Origin: Rebecca billardiae RCC1528 | Lineage: Eukaryota > Protista > Haptophyta | Assembly (NCBI GenBank): GCA_965240325.2 | Contig: OZ251226.1 | Location: 3,468,675 to 3,532,674 of the forward strand | Direction of reading: 5' to 3' | DNA length: 64,000 nt | In this document: piece after piece, positions 19,590-31,841 of the stretch | Layout: each line of letters begins with the position of its first letter | How positions within the stretch are numbered: position 1 is the first letter of the stretch | Translations under genes and position numbers: made by a program | The notes under the pieces: generated by a model | The model's database searches: none | What the model was told of the DNA's origin: nothing | The model's input: only the letters and a program-made list of their open reading frames with translations

Positions 19590-22500
19590 ATGAGGGTGCC
19601 GCGCGTCGCCGTCCTCGGCGTCCTGGGCGCGCTGGGCCCGTGCGCGCCGCACCGCATCGCGGGTAGCGGCGCCGCATGGGGTGCCCGGCGCGCCCTCTCG
19701 ATGAGCGCGCTGGGCGCGAACGGTGTGGGGCGCGCGCCGCGCGCGCGGCGCGCGCCGGCGGGCCCGGCGCGCGCCGCGCGCCGTCTCGCCGCGCGGCTCG
19801 CTGACGGCCCGCCGCTCCCCGCGCGCGCGCGCGCGCGCGCGCCCCTTGCTCCGGTGCGCGCCGGTCCCGCGCCCCTCTGCCCGCCGCCGCGCGCGCGCGC
19901 CCTGCCGCCGCGTGCGCGCGCCGGTCTCCGCTCGGCCGTCGTGGCGCCGCAGGCCCCGCGCGCCACTCCGCCCTCAACGCGCCGTCGGCGACGTCGCTGC
20001 CCATGTCGAGCTGCACGGCCCCGAACGGCGTGAAGCGCGCGCGCACCGCCGCCGCCCCCGCCGCCGCCGCCGCCGCCGCCGCCACCGCCGAGCCCTCCTC
20101 CGCCGCGGCCGGCGGTGCCGCTGCGCCCAAGTACCGCAAGGACTACGCGCCGCCGCCGTACACCGTGCGCGCGCTGCACCTCGACTTCGCGCTGGGCGCG
20201 GAGGAGACGCGCGTCTCGAGCGTGCTCACGATGGAGCGGGTCGCGGGCGCGCCCGCCGGCGCGGACATGGTGCTGGACGGCGAGGACCTCACCCTCGAGA
20301 GCGTGAGCGTGGGCGGCGTGCGGCTCGAGCCGGCGCAGTTCTCGGTGGGCGGCAGCACGCTCACGATCAAGGGGAGCGCGCTGCCGGACGAGCCGGGGCC
20401 GTTCGAGCTGGCGACGGTGGTGACGAACCGGCCGCGCGCGAACACGCAGCTCTCCGGCCTGTACTACTCCGGCTCGATGCTGTGCACGCAGTGCGAGGCC
20501 GAGGGCTTCCGCCGCATCACGTACGCGTACGACCGGCCGGACGTGATGTCCAAGTTCTCCGTGCGGATGGCGGGCGACAAGGCCGCCTTCCCCGTGCTGC
20601 TCTCGAACGGCAACCTGCTCAAGGCGGGGGCGGACGAGGCGCGCGACGGGGCGGGGACGCACTTCGCCGAGTGGGAGGACCCCTTCCTCAAGCCCTCGTA
20701 CCTCTTCGCCCTCGTCGCGGGCGAGCTCGAGCACATCTCGGACTCGTTCCGCACCATGTCCGGCCGCACCGTCACGCTCAACATCTACTCGGAGAAGGAG
20801 AACGTCGACGCGCTCGGGTACGCGATGGACTCGCTGAAGCGCTCGATGAAGTGGGACGAGGAGGCGTACGGGCGGGAGTACGACCTCGACCTGTTCAACG
20901 TCGTCGCGGTCAACGACTTCAACATGGGCGCGATGGAGAACAAGGGGCTGAACATCTTCAACACGGCGTGCGTGCTCGCGCGGCCGTGGTCGGCGACTGA
21001 CGCCGACTACGAGCGCGTCGAGGGCGTCGTCGGGCACGAGTACTTCCACAACTGGACGGGGAACCGCGTCACGTGCCGCGACTGGTTCCAGCTCACGCTC
21101 AAGGAGGGGCTCACCGTCTACCGCGACCAGTCCTTCTCCGCCGACATGTCCTCCGAGGCGGTGAAGCGCATCTCGGACGTGCGGATGCTGCGCGCGCGCC
21201 AGTTCCCTGAGGACGCGTCGCCGCTCGCCCACCCGATCCGCCCCGAGTCGTACGTGGCGATGGACAACTTCTACACGGCGACGGTGTACGAGAAGGGGGC
21301 GGAGGTGATCCGCATGTACGCCACGCTGCTGGGCAAGGCCGGCTTCCGCAAGGGCATGGACCTCTACTTCGAGCGGCACGACGGGCAGGCGGTCACGTGC
21401 GACGACTTCCGCGCGGCGATGGCGGACGCGACCGGGCGCGACCTCTCGCAGTTCGAGGAGTGGTACAAGCAGAAGGGGACGCCGACGGTGGCGGCGGAGG
21501 CGAAGCACGACGCGGCGGCGAAGCGGTTCGAGCTCACGCTCACGCAGTCCCTCGGCGACGGCTCCGCGCCGCCGCTGCACATCCCGGTCGAGGTCGCGCT
21601 GCTCAAGAAGGCGGGCGGCGGCGAGGCGGCGGCCGCGCGCGTGTGCGAGCTCACGACCAAGCAGCAGACGTTTGTGTGGGAGGGCGTCGAGGCGGAGGTG
21701 GTGCCGTCGGTGCTGCGCGGCTTCTCGGCGCCGGTGCACCTCAAGATGGAGCGCTCGGACGAGGAGCTCGCCTTCCTCATGGCGCACGAGACGGACTCGT
21801 TCAACCGGTGGGAGGCGGCGCAGCAGCTGATGACGCGCGTGATGCTGCAGCAGGCGGAGCAGGTGCGTGCGTGTGTTGTGTGTGCGTGCGTGTGTTGTGT
21901 GTGCGTGTGTGTGTGCGCGCGCGCGCGTGTTGTGTGTGTGCGCGCGCGTGTTGTGTGTGCGTGTGTTGTGTGCGCGTGTGCGCGCGCGTGCGCGCGCGTG
22001 TGTGCGCGTGTGTGCGCGCGTGTGCGCGTGTGCGCGCGCGGTGGGCAGCGAGCGCGCCGCACGCTGACGTGGCCGGCCTCCCTCCCTCCCTCCCTCCCTC
22101 CCTCCCTCCCTCCCCCGCGTGCGCAGATGGTCTCCTCCGGCGGCGCCGCGCCCTCGGGCTCCGTCTCGCCGCTGCTGGTCGACGGCTTCCGCGCGACGCT
22201 GCTGCAGAGCGGGGCCGACCGCTCGCTGCAGGCGCTGGCGCTCGCGCTGCCCGACTTCGACACGCTCTCGAGCGCGGTGGAGGTGGTGCACCCGCAGCCG
22301 CTCTGCGCCGCGATCAGCGCGACCAAGAAGGCCCTCGCCTCCGCGCTCAAGGTGCGCGCACGAGCGCGCGCGCCCCGCCGCCGATTCGGCGCCGCCCGCA
22401 AGCTGAGCGCCCGCCCGCCCGCCCGCCCGCCCGCCCGCCCGCTGCGCGCGCGCCGCTCTCGCCTTTGCGCACAGCCCGAGCTGCTGAGCGTGTACAGCGC

Positions 22501-23143
22501 GTGCGCCGCGGAGGAGGCGGCGAGCGGCGCCTACTCGCCCGACCCGGCGTCGATCGGCCGGCGCCGGCTCCGCGACGTGTGCCTCGGCTACCTGGCCGCG
22601 CTCGACAGCGCGGAGACGACCAAGCTGTGCACGCAGCAGCTGGCGGACGCGCGCTGCGTGACGGACGCGCTCGCCGCGTTTGTGGCCGCGTCGCACACGT
22701 CGGGGCCCGAGCGGCTCGCCGCGTCCGACGCGTTTGCGGCGCGCGTGCAGAGCGACGCGCTCGGGCTGGACAAGTGGTACCGCACGCGCGCGGCCGCCTC
22801 CGTGCCCACCGTGCTCGCCGAGGTGCGCGAGCTGATGCGGCTGCCCACGTTCTCGCTCACCAACCCGAACCGCGTGCGCGCGGTCGTGGGCGCGTTCACG
22901 ATGCTCAACCCCAAGTACTTCCACGCGGCGGACGGCTCGGGGTACGAGTTCGCCGCGCAGTGCGTGATCGACCTCGACCCGATCAACGCGCAGGTGGCCG
23001 CGCGGCTCGCGCGCGCCTTCTCGCCGTGGCGCCGCCTCGAGCCCAAGGCGGGCTCGCTGATGCGCGCGCAGCTCGAGCGCATCCGCGACCACCCGGGGCT
23101 GAGCCGCAACACGCTCGAGATCGCCACCACCTCGCTGCAGTGA
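19590..23143 (+). CDS. pepN: Aminopeptidase N (M1 family, PepN type); predicted introns 19723-19952, 21863-22126, 22352-22474
   Basis: KYRKDY; TQCEAEGFRRIT; GAMENKGLNIFN; HEYFHNWTGNRVTCRDWFQLTLKE (HEXXH-x18-E); YEKGAEV; NPNRVRA. The N-terminal exon looks like an organelle-targeting peptide. Confidence 0.95.
21863..22126 (+). repeat. Intronic (GT/GC)n and (CCCT)n microsatellites
   Basis: gtgtgtgcgtgtg... and cctccctccctc... inside a predicted GT-AG intron. Confidence 0.85.
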
Positions 23144-24246
23144 GCCCGCACGCGCGCGCGGCGCGCACCGCGCGAGCGCGCGCGCGGGCCCCGGGCGCGG
23201 CCGCACGGCGCGCGCCCGCGGCGTGCCGCGCACGGCCCGCACGCCCCGCAGCGCTCGCGCGAGTCGCCGCCGGCCCTGCCAGCCGCCACTCCGCGCGCGC
23301 GGCACCGAGCCCTCGGCGACGGCGCCTGCCCCCGCCTGCGCTCCGGAGTGCTTCAGCTGCCGGGAGGCTCGCGACACCTCCGGAGCCGGCCGATGCCGCG
23401 GGCCACGGTGTCCGCGGCCGGGCGGGCGAGGCCCGCCCCGATGCGACTGCCGCGAACGAGCTGGGTCTGCGGCCGAAGGCGGCTGGGCTCCGGTGCCGGG
23501 GTCGGCGGCGGGGTCGGACGGTCCGGCGGCGTTGACTCATCACGAGTCGACGGGATCACTCGAGTCACGACCGCCAGACCGCGGACGAGCCGCCTCTGCG
23601 GTCTGCCGCCTGCGCAGACTCGATCACGAGTGGCAGCGTTACAAGTTATGCCACGGGGACGGGGTTGTCCGCTGGATCGTGAGTGGCGTCGTCGACGGAC
23701 GACTTCGAGTGACGAATAGACTCTAGCTCATACTGCATGATACGCGCTCATGACCCGGTTCCTCACAGACCTCCGAGCGACCTCGCTCCGAGGCCCAGCC
23801 CCGGAACCGGAATCCGCGGTAAGCTTCCAAGTTTGTTTCCGGACTTTCCGCTTGGCTTCTGAGTTCTGACGAAGCGTCCGAACGTCAACCTAGCGAAAAA
23901 CCTCTTGAAAACTCCAATGGATTTGGACGGAATCGGATCCAAGCATGTGCTCGGGGCGGCACATGAATGAATAGGGCCACGCAAAGGGAATAAGTGGGAC
24001 AAAGGCGTTAGTGAGTCTGAAACCCTATTGGGATCAGACTGGAGGGAAGTTGAGTACATACGCAATCAAGTCTGAAAGCCGCCTCCTATTCGCGCGCTCC
24101 GGTGCCTTTGCAACCTGCCGAGGCTGGATGAATCGCCGCCACGGCCCACGCGCCCAGCCAAGAAGAGTTTGGCGACCGATCGGCGCTCACGTGCCTGAAT
24201 GCGTGGCGCGCACGCGACGAAGGCGTTGGCCGCGGAGCGCGTCGAG

Positions 24247-25207
24247 ATGCGCGTCTCGGACGAGGAGGACGGGCGGGAAACGCCGCTCCTCGAGCGCCCG
24301 CCCAGCGAGCACGCCATCGAGCGCCTCAAGATCTTCGCCGTGGGCTCGCTCGGCGTCGCGCTCATCCTCGCGGGGCTGCTCACGTACCGCGTGCTCGGCA
24401 TCGCCGAGTGCCGCGCGCGCTCGCTGCGCTGGCGCGACCCGTACCACGTGCTGATCACGGGCTTTGAGCCCTTCGCCAACTTCAGCGACAACCCGACGCA
24501 GCACGTCGCGCGCCTCCTCGACAAGAGCTGCGCGGCGGGCGTGTGCTTCCACGCGCACGTGCTGAGCGTCGACGAGCGCGGCATGGCGCGCGCGGAGGCG
24601 CTGCTCGGCGAGGGGCCCGGCGTGGGCGCGGAGGGTACGTGGGACGCGGCGATCCACCTGGGCTACGAGGACAGCGCCAGAGGGCTCAAGCTCGAGACGA
24701 TCGCAAAGAACATCGGCGCGGGCTCGCACGCCGTCCGTCCGATGGCTGGTGAGCCGTACAAGGAGACGCCGTGCGATGGCGCGCGGCCCGTGGCGCCGGG
24801 GGAGACGTGCCTGCTGCCCACCACGGCGCCGCTCAACCTGCTCAACCTGCCCATCCTCGCGGAGGGTGCGCGCGCCGCGCGCCGCGCGCACCGCCTCGCG
24901 CCGCCGCCCCAGCCCACCACCCGCCTCCCGTGCGCGCCCCGCCTCGGGCCGGCCGGCAGGCATCGCGTCCGCGTCCGCGGAGATCTGGTCGCGCGATGCG
25001 GGCAACTACTTCTGCAACGAGCTGTACTACCGCTCGCTGCGCATCGCGCGCTCGTCGCAGGCGATGGCGCTCACGCCCGTGGTCTTCGTGCACATGCCGC
25101 CGCTGTCCGCCAACCTGTCGGCGGGCGCGGCCGCGAGCTTTGTGGGCGCGCTGAGCGAGGCGCTGCTGCTGCACGCGCTGCCCGCAGAGGGGGCGCGACG
25201 ACGATGA
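24247..25207 (+). CDS. Pyroglutamyl-peptidase I (C15) with N-terminal membrane anchor; predicted intron 24866-24959
   Basis: VLITGFEPF..NPT; IHLG; LETIAKN (Glu); SRDAGNYFCNELYY (Cys); FVHMP (His). The intron joins the two ORF-track frames. Confidence 0.85.
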
Positions 25208-25465
25208 CGCCGCAACTAGAAAGAGAGTGAGTGAGAGAGACGGCGGCGAGAGATTTTGATATATCGTCGCGTCTGACTACTCGCGCCGGCGGGTGAGATA
25301 TACATCGTCTGCTCCTCGGGCCGCCGCGGGTCAGCCCCGGAGCGAAGTGATACAATATTACAAATTACAATACATAGTCCTAGCTAGTACATCCGCTGAG
25401 TCAAGTCACGTGTCGTCGTCAGATGATTCTCATTCACGCCGCCGCGGGATACTATATATTATTAG

Positions 25466-25468
<3 letters not shown>

Positions 25469-25504
<36 letters not shown>
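25469..25504. repeat. (TA)n microsatellite
   Basis: Uninterrupted TA run between two convergent genes. Confidence 0.95.
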
Positions 25505-25507
<3 letters not shown>

Positions 25508-25673
25508 GTCGCGTCGTATAGCGCATCGTCGCGCATAATGGCGGCGCGGCGCGGGGTCCCATCAGGATATGCGCGCGCGCTCGTCCGCAGCCGCAGCCGT
25601 GTTGTACGGCGGACCGGGCACCGCAGTTAGACCGTGTCGTCGTCGTACGGTATCATCACGCGGTGACGAGTCA

Positions 25674-27605
25674 TCAGCCGGTGCGCGGTCGCTTGGCGTC
25701 GGGCGTGCCAAACTGCGGCGCGCCATGCTGGGGCCCGGCCGGGTGCGTGTTGCCGCCCGTGTGCCGCCCGCGGTCGTTCCAATCCTTGAAGCTGCACTGC
25801 GGCGCGCCGCGGCCGCCGTACACGGCGCGGTTGCACACAAAGTACACCGCGCCGTCCCTCTTCTGCTTGGGCGCGGCGGACAGGCCGCAGTGGCACGCGG
25901 GCAGCATGAGCGTGGTCGGCTGAGGGCAGCTGCCTGGCGCGGCCTGCCCCGCCTCGGCCTGGTGCTGGCTGCCGCCGCCCTGGCTGCCGCCGCCCTGGCT
26001 GCCGCTGCCGTGGGCGGGGCTGCCCCTGTCGTGCGGGCAGAGGAGGATGCGCCGCCCCTTGTTCGGCCCCTCCTTGCCCACGCTGCGCTCAAGCAGCTCG
26101 CTGCCGCAGCCGGCGCAGCGCTTCCGCTCGCGCGCGTAGCACACCAAGTACTCGATGTGCACCGCGTCGCGCTCGAAGAGCACCACCTCGCGGAACGCGC
26201 GCTCGGGCGGCACCGCCACCAGCGCGTGCCGGCCGCCGCTGAGCGCGCGCTGGCTGCCGTCGGCAAAGAGGCGGCCGCCTCCGCGCAGCTCGGTCGCGCC
26301 GTCGGTCGTGGTCGCGACGTCGCCGAGCGCGGCCCTGCACACGAGCGCGTAGCAGCAGTCGCCGGGGTGCCGCACGATGCCGCCGTACAGCTTGGCGTGC
26401 AGCTGGCCGAGGCTGCCCTGCTCGTGCCCCGCCCACCTGGGGTCGGGCGTGGCGTACTGGTCCGCCTTGGCGCCGTCCTGCGCCAGGTAGGTGCCGCAGC
26501 CGTACAGGCCCAGCCGCGCCAGACCCGGGTCGAGGCCCTGCGGGCGCGGCGCGGCGCGGCGCGCGGCGGGGAGGCGTGAGCTCAGTGCACGTGCGCGTGT
26601 GCGTGCGCGCGCGCGTGTTTGCGTGTGCGCGTGTGCGCGCGTGTGCGCGTGCACCTTGAAGAGGATGTCGTAGAGCGCCTCGGGACGGGTGCCGTGCAGC
26701 AGCAGGGACTCGTGGCACGCGCCGTCCAGCGGCGGCTGCTGCGCGTGCGCGAGGAGCGCCCGCCCCTTCGCCGCGAACGCCTCGCTGAGGGGCGGCGGCT
26801 GCACCTCCGCCGCGCGCGCCGCGCAGCCCGCCGCCACTGCGCGCTTCATCTGCGCGTACTTGTGCGCGCGCTGCAAGTTGGTCGTGCGCCACGCGCACAG
26901 CACGTGCAGCGAGTCGTACGGCGCGCACGGGGCGGCGTTGTTCCGCCCGTGGCCGAGGCGCTCGCCCCTGGGCACCTCGAACAGCGCCTGCAGGTGCCTG
27001 CGCGAGAACTCGTCCACGCAGTGCTCCACGCTGCCGGGCAGCTCGCCCTCGGCGGGCGGCGCGGCGGGGGGCTTGCTCGGGCTGCCCGCGGGACTGTCGA
27101 GCCAGGCGAACAGCTGGCAGTGCCCGCACTTGTAGTACGGCCGCTGCTTCTCCCGCGCGATCTTGTGCTGCACCGGCGCGCTGCACTTGCTGCACGCGGC
27201 CTGGCCGGGCGCCGCCTTGGGTGCGGGCGGCGGGGCGGCGCGCGCAGCACCGCCCGCGCCACCGCCCGCGCCGCTGCCCGCGCCACCGCCCGCGGCGGGC
27301 GGTGCGGCCTCCTCGCACCACTTGAAGAATTTGCACGGGGCGCGGCCCGTCGAAGCGCAGCGCCAGAACGCGCGGCCGTGATTCTCGTTCTGCTTCTGCG
27401 TGGTGCGCTGGACCGTGGGCACGCCGCACAAGCACTTGGGGCCGGGCGCGGTCAGCGGCGTGCGCGCCGCGTCCACCCAGCCGTAGAAGTCGTTACACGC
27501 CGTGCAGCGCCAGTAGTTGCGGTTGGGGTTCTTCGGCGAGTGCGACGTCTTCACCTCGCACGTGCCGCGGCAGCCCGGCTTCTTGCATGGCGGGACTGCC
27601 GCCAT
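25674..27605 (-). CDS. Multi-GRF-zinc-finger protein with central PARP-like ADP-ribosyltransferase domain; predicted intron 26538-26654
   Basis: GRF-like fingers (CLCG...NHGRAFWRC...CKFFKW and related); PARP motifs LLHGT, GLYGCGTYLA...KADQY and REVVLFE...IEYLVCY; C-terminal KRPR. Confidence 0.8.
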   Translation of the reverse strand: MAAVPPCKKPGCRGTCEVKTSHSPKNPNRNYWRCTACNDFYGWVDAARTPLTAPGPKCLCGVPTVQRTTQKQNENHGRAFWRCASTGRAPCKFFKWCEEAAPPAAGGGAGSGAGGGAGGAARAAPPPAPKAAPGQAACSKCSAPVQHKIAREKQRPYYKCGHCQLFAWLDSPAGSPSKPPAAPPAEGELPGSVEHCVDEFSRRHLQALFEVPRGERLGHGRNNAAPCAPYDSLHVLCAWRTTNLQRAHKYAQMKRAVAAGCAARAAEVQPPPLSEAFAAKGRALLAHAQQPPLDGACHESLLLHGTRPEALYDILFKVHAHTRAHAHTQTRARARTRARALSSRLPAARRAAPRPQGLDPGLARLGLYGCGTYLAQDGAKADQYATPDPRWAGHEQGSLGQLHAKLYGGIVRHPGDCCYALVCRAALGDVATTTDGATELRGGGRLFADGSQRALSGGRHALVAVPPERAFREVVLFERDAVHIEYLVCYARERKRCAGCGSELLERSVGKEGPNKGRRILLCPHDRGSPAHGSGSQGGGSQGGGSQHQAEAGQAAPGSCPQPTTLMLPACHCGLSAAPKQKRDGAVYFVCNRAVYGGRGAPQCSFKDWNDRGRHTGGNTHPAGPQHGAPQFGTPDAKRPRTG

Positions 27606-27819
27606 GGCGCAAGTGGTGCCTCCAGCGGGCGTGAGTGAGCGCCGTCCAGATCTGTGCTGGTGGGCAGACGGGTCGCGGTCACGACTTCACGTGATGCGCT
27701 TTCGCCGTTTTCCGTTGCAATTCGGACGCGGTAACAGTCTCCTGAGTCCTGAGTCCTGGGATCAGAGGCCCGGACGCACGCGCCACAGGGGCCGGCTTGC
27801 GGCCTTTCTTTTGGTGCGG

Positions 27820-30800
27820 ATGATGGCCGCGCCGCCGCTCGGCGACGACGGCGTGGACGTGTACGAGGACGCGGCGAGCGACGCGCCACCGGCGCCGTAC
27901 GCCGGCCCGCCGCCCGACCAGCCCGTCGCCAGCAGCGCGCCGTGGCCGCTCGCCGCGCACGCGGAGGCCCTCTTCCCGCGCGGCGCCATCCCGGCGGGCG
28001 AGCCGTGTTCGTACGAGGACGCGCTGCGCGAGATCCTCGCCGCCGAGGGGGAGGAGGGGGAGGAGGGCGGGGAGGAGGGGCCGCGGCGCGGCGGGGCCGA
28101 GCCGCGCGAGCTCGAGGCCCTCCGCCGCGCCTTTGCCCGCGCGCGCGCCGGGCTGCCCCACGGCGGCGTGGCGGTGAGCGCGGTGCTGCTGGTGTGGCGC
28201 GAGGACGGCGGCGTGCTCGCGGAGCGCCTGCTGAGCGGCGGCGTGGACGGCTCGATCGCGACGCACTGCATGGCCACGGGCGCGCGGCTCGGCGCGCGCG
28301 AGGCCGTGCACTCGGGCGGCGCCGTGCTCTGCCTCGGCGGCACGCCCGACGGCGGGCTTGTGCTCTCGGGCGGCGCTGACGGCGCGGTGCGCGCGTGGAG
28401 CCTGTCGCGCGCGGACCGCCTCGTGCCGATCGGGCTGGCCGACCTCTCGGTGCACGGCGGCGCGCCGGTCGTCGCGCTCGCCGTCGCCTCGCCCGCCTCG
28501 CGCCGCGCCGAGCCGCCGCTCGTGCTCAGCGCCGGGCGCGACGGGCGGCTGGTGCTGTGCGCGCTGCGCGCGGACGCGCACGCGCGCGCGGCCAGCGCGC
28601 ACGCGCAGGCCGAGCCCGCGGCCGAGGCGGCGGTGGCGGACGAGCGGCGGCGCGCGGCGGCGGAGCGGGCGGCGGAGGTCGCGCTCCGCCAGATCACCGC
28701 CGTCGCCCTGCCCGGCGGCGTGCCGCTGCGCGCGCTCGGCGCGCTGCCGCAGCCGGTGCTGCACCCCGGCCACCCCGGCGCGGCCGGCGCGTCGGCGGAG
28801 GGTGCGGGCGCGGAGCGCGGCGGCGCGCCCACCGGGCAGCCGCCGGGGGGCGTCGTCTTCTTCAGCGTGGACGCGGCGGGCACCTTCCTCGCGTGGACGT
28901 GCGTGCGGGCCGCCGGCCCCGGCGACGACGGCCCGGACGCCGAGGCCGCCGCCGCCGAGGCCGAGGCGCCCTCCGACTCCGAGTGGAGGCCTCCCTCCGA
29001 CTCCGAGTGCGCCGCTGAGCCGACGGCGGAGCCGAGGGCGGAGCCGTTCCTGGACGCAGGGGAGGGCGCGGAGGACGCTGGCACGCACACGGAGCACCCG
29101 GCCAGGCGCACGGGCGGCAGGCACGGGCGGGGCGGCGGCGGCGCGGGGTGGCAGCTGCTCCGCCCGAGCGCCGTGCAGCTGCAGACGCGCCCGGCGCGCG
29201 TGCGCAGGGCGAGCAGCGTCGCAGCGCACGCCGCGCCCCCCGCCTCGCTCGGCACCGCGCTGTGGCGCGGCGTGCGCGCGCACGCCATGCCTGGCACGCC
29301 TGGGCGCGCGGACGAGGGCGGGCGCCACCAGCTCGACGAGGTGGCCTCCGACGGCGGGCGCGCGGCGCGCAGCTGGTGTGCGGCGCGCGCGCGCGTGAGC
29401 GGCCTCGCGCTCGGCGCGAGCGGCACGCGCGCGTTTGTGAGCGCAGAGGACGGCTCGCTGTGCAGGCTGGCGCTGAGGCTCGCATGGCCCGCGGCCGCAG
29501 GCGAGGGCAGCGAGCTCGAGCTGTGCCCCACGTGGCACGCCACGCCGCTCGAGGTGCTGCACCGCGCGCACGGCCGCGCGCTGCGCTGGGGCGCGCGCGG
29601 CGCGCGCTGTGCCGAGGCGGTGGGCGGGCTGTGCGTCGCGCTCTCGGCGGACGGCGCCGTGCTGCTGGCCGGGTGCTCGGACGGCGTGCTGCGCCGCTTC
29701 TGCACCGGGCTGCCCGTCACGTACGCGCCCGTGCAGCGGCGCGCGGCGCGCGGCGACGGCGGGCTGCCGCGCCCGCCGCCCGCCGCGCCGCGCGCGCCGA
29801 GCGGTCCGCCCGCGCACTCGACGCTCGACGGCGTGCTCGGCGCTGCGGCGCTCGGCGCGCACACCGCGCGCGCCGCCGGGCGCGGGCGCGGCGGGGGCGG
29901 GGGGCGGGGCGGCAGCGTGCTCGTGCTGCTCACGAGCGCGCACCACCCGCGCGTGCTGCTGTGCGCGGGCACGGACGGACGGCTGCTCGCGCTCGGGCTG
30001 CGCGAGCGCGTGGCGGCGGCGCAGTCGCCTCCGACCGTGCACGTGCTGGCGGCCACGCCCAACCCCGTGCCTCAGGCGCAGCCTCAGGCGCAGCCGCACG
30101 CACAGCCGCGCGCGGGCGGCGCGGCCGACGAGGTCGCGGACGGCGCGGCCGACGCGGCGCTCGCCGCCGCCGCCGCGGCCGGCGCGCGGCTCGCGTGCCC
30201 CTCGGGCGTGGTGTGCGTCGTCGCCGCCGTGTTCTCCCCGGACGGCCTCCACGTGTTCAGCGCGGACGCGGCCGGCAGTCTGAAGCGGTGGCGCGCGCAC
30301 GAGCTGCTGCGCGAGCGGCGGCGCGGCGGCGCGGACGCGAGCGCGGAGCTGCACGTGCCGTGCGCGCACGGCGCGCGCGGCGCGGACGGCGGGCGCGCGG
30401 ACGGCGGCTCCGCCGTGCTGCCGGTCGGCATCGGCGCGATGGCGCTGCACGCGCACGGCTGGGCGGGGCGGCAGCGGCGGCAGCCGCAGCAGGAGGGCGC
30501 GGCGCAGGGCGCGCGCGCCGTGCTGCGCCGCGCGAGCACCGCGGGCGTGGGCGCGCTGCGCGCGCGGCTGGCGAGCGCGGCCGCGCGCGGCGTGGCGGCG
30601 CGCGAGGACGAGGCGCCGAGCGCCGCCGAGGGCGCCGAGCGCGCGCCGCCGCCCGGCGCGGTGCTCATCACCGCAGCGGCGCCGGGCGCGTGGCACGGCG
30701 CGGGCGCGGGCTGGGGCGCGCACGGCGGCGCGCGCGGCGCGCAGCCGACGGCCGCGCAGCCCGCGGCGGCGGAGGGCGCGCACGACGGCGGCCTGCGCGT

Positions 30801-30866
30801 GTGGACGCTCGGGCTGCGCCGCGTGCGCGCAGAGATCCGCGTCGCGCTGCCCGCAGCGGCGAGCGC

Positions 30867-30901
<35 letters not shown>

Positions 30902-31783
30902 TGCGGTGCGCGGCAGGCTTCAGCTGCCTGGCGTTCACGGCGGACGGCAGCGCGCTGGTGGGCTGCCACGCGGCGCACGCGGGCGACGTGTGCACGTGGA
31001 GCGTCGCCTTTGCGGCGGAGGGCCGCGGGGGCGCGCTCAGCCTCACGCTCGCGCCGGGCGTGCGCGTGCGCGGCGCGCACGGCGGGCAGCGCGTGTGCTG
31101 CGCCGCCCTCGACGCTGAGAGCGCGCGGCTGCTCAGCGGCGGCGCGGACGGGCGCGCGCGGCTGTGGCAGGTGCGCACGCACGCGGCACGCGCGCCCACG
31201 CTCGGCCTGCTCGGGGACGCGGTCGCGCACGCGCACGGCGGCGCCGCGCTGAGCGCGTGCGCCTTCTCCGCGGACAGGCGGCGCTGCGTGACCGGCGGCG
31301 CGGACGGCGCGGTGCGCGTGTGGCCGGCGGACTGGTCGCTCGCCGTGGACGGCGTGGTGCGCAGGCTGCAGCCCACGCTCACGCGCACCGCGCGCACGAC
31401 GCCCGCACGCGCCGAGGGCTCGTCCGAGGGCGAGGGCGAGGGCGAGGGCGAGGGCGAGGGCGAGGACACGGACGGTGGCTCCACGGGCTCGGACGGCAGC
31501 GAGGACGCGGCGGAGGCGGCGGAGGCGGCGGAGGCGGCGGAGGCGGCGGCAGCGGCGGGCGGCGGCAGCGGCAGCGGCGGCGGCAGCGGCGGCGGCAGGG
31601 GGCAGCGCGCGCAGCGGAGCGGAGGGCGTGCCGAGAGGGGCTGTGCGTTTGAGACTGTCTTCTTCGCGCGCGGCTGCCTGCACGCAGCGCCGCCGCTGCC
31701 GCGCGTGTCGGCCGCGGCGCTCGCGCTGCGCTTTGGCGACGCGCAGCTCGCCGTGTGGCGCGCGCAGCAGCACGGCGCGCCGC

Positions 31784-31841
<58 letters not shown>

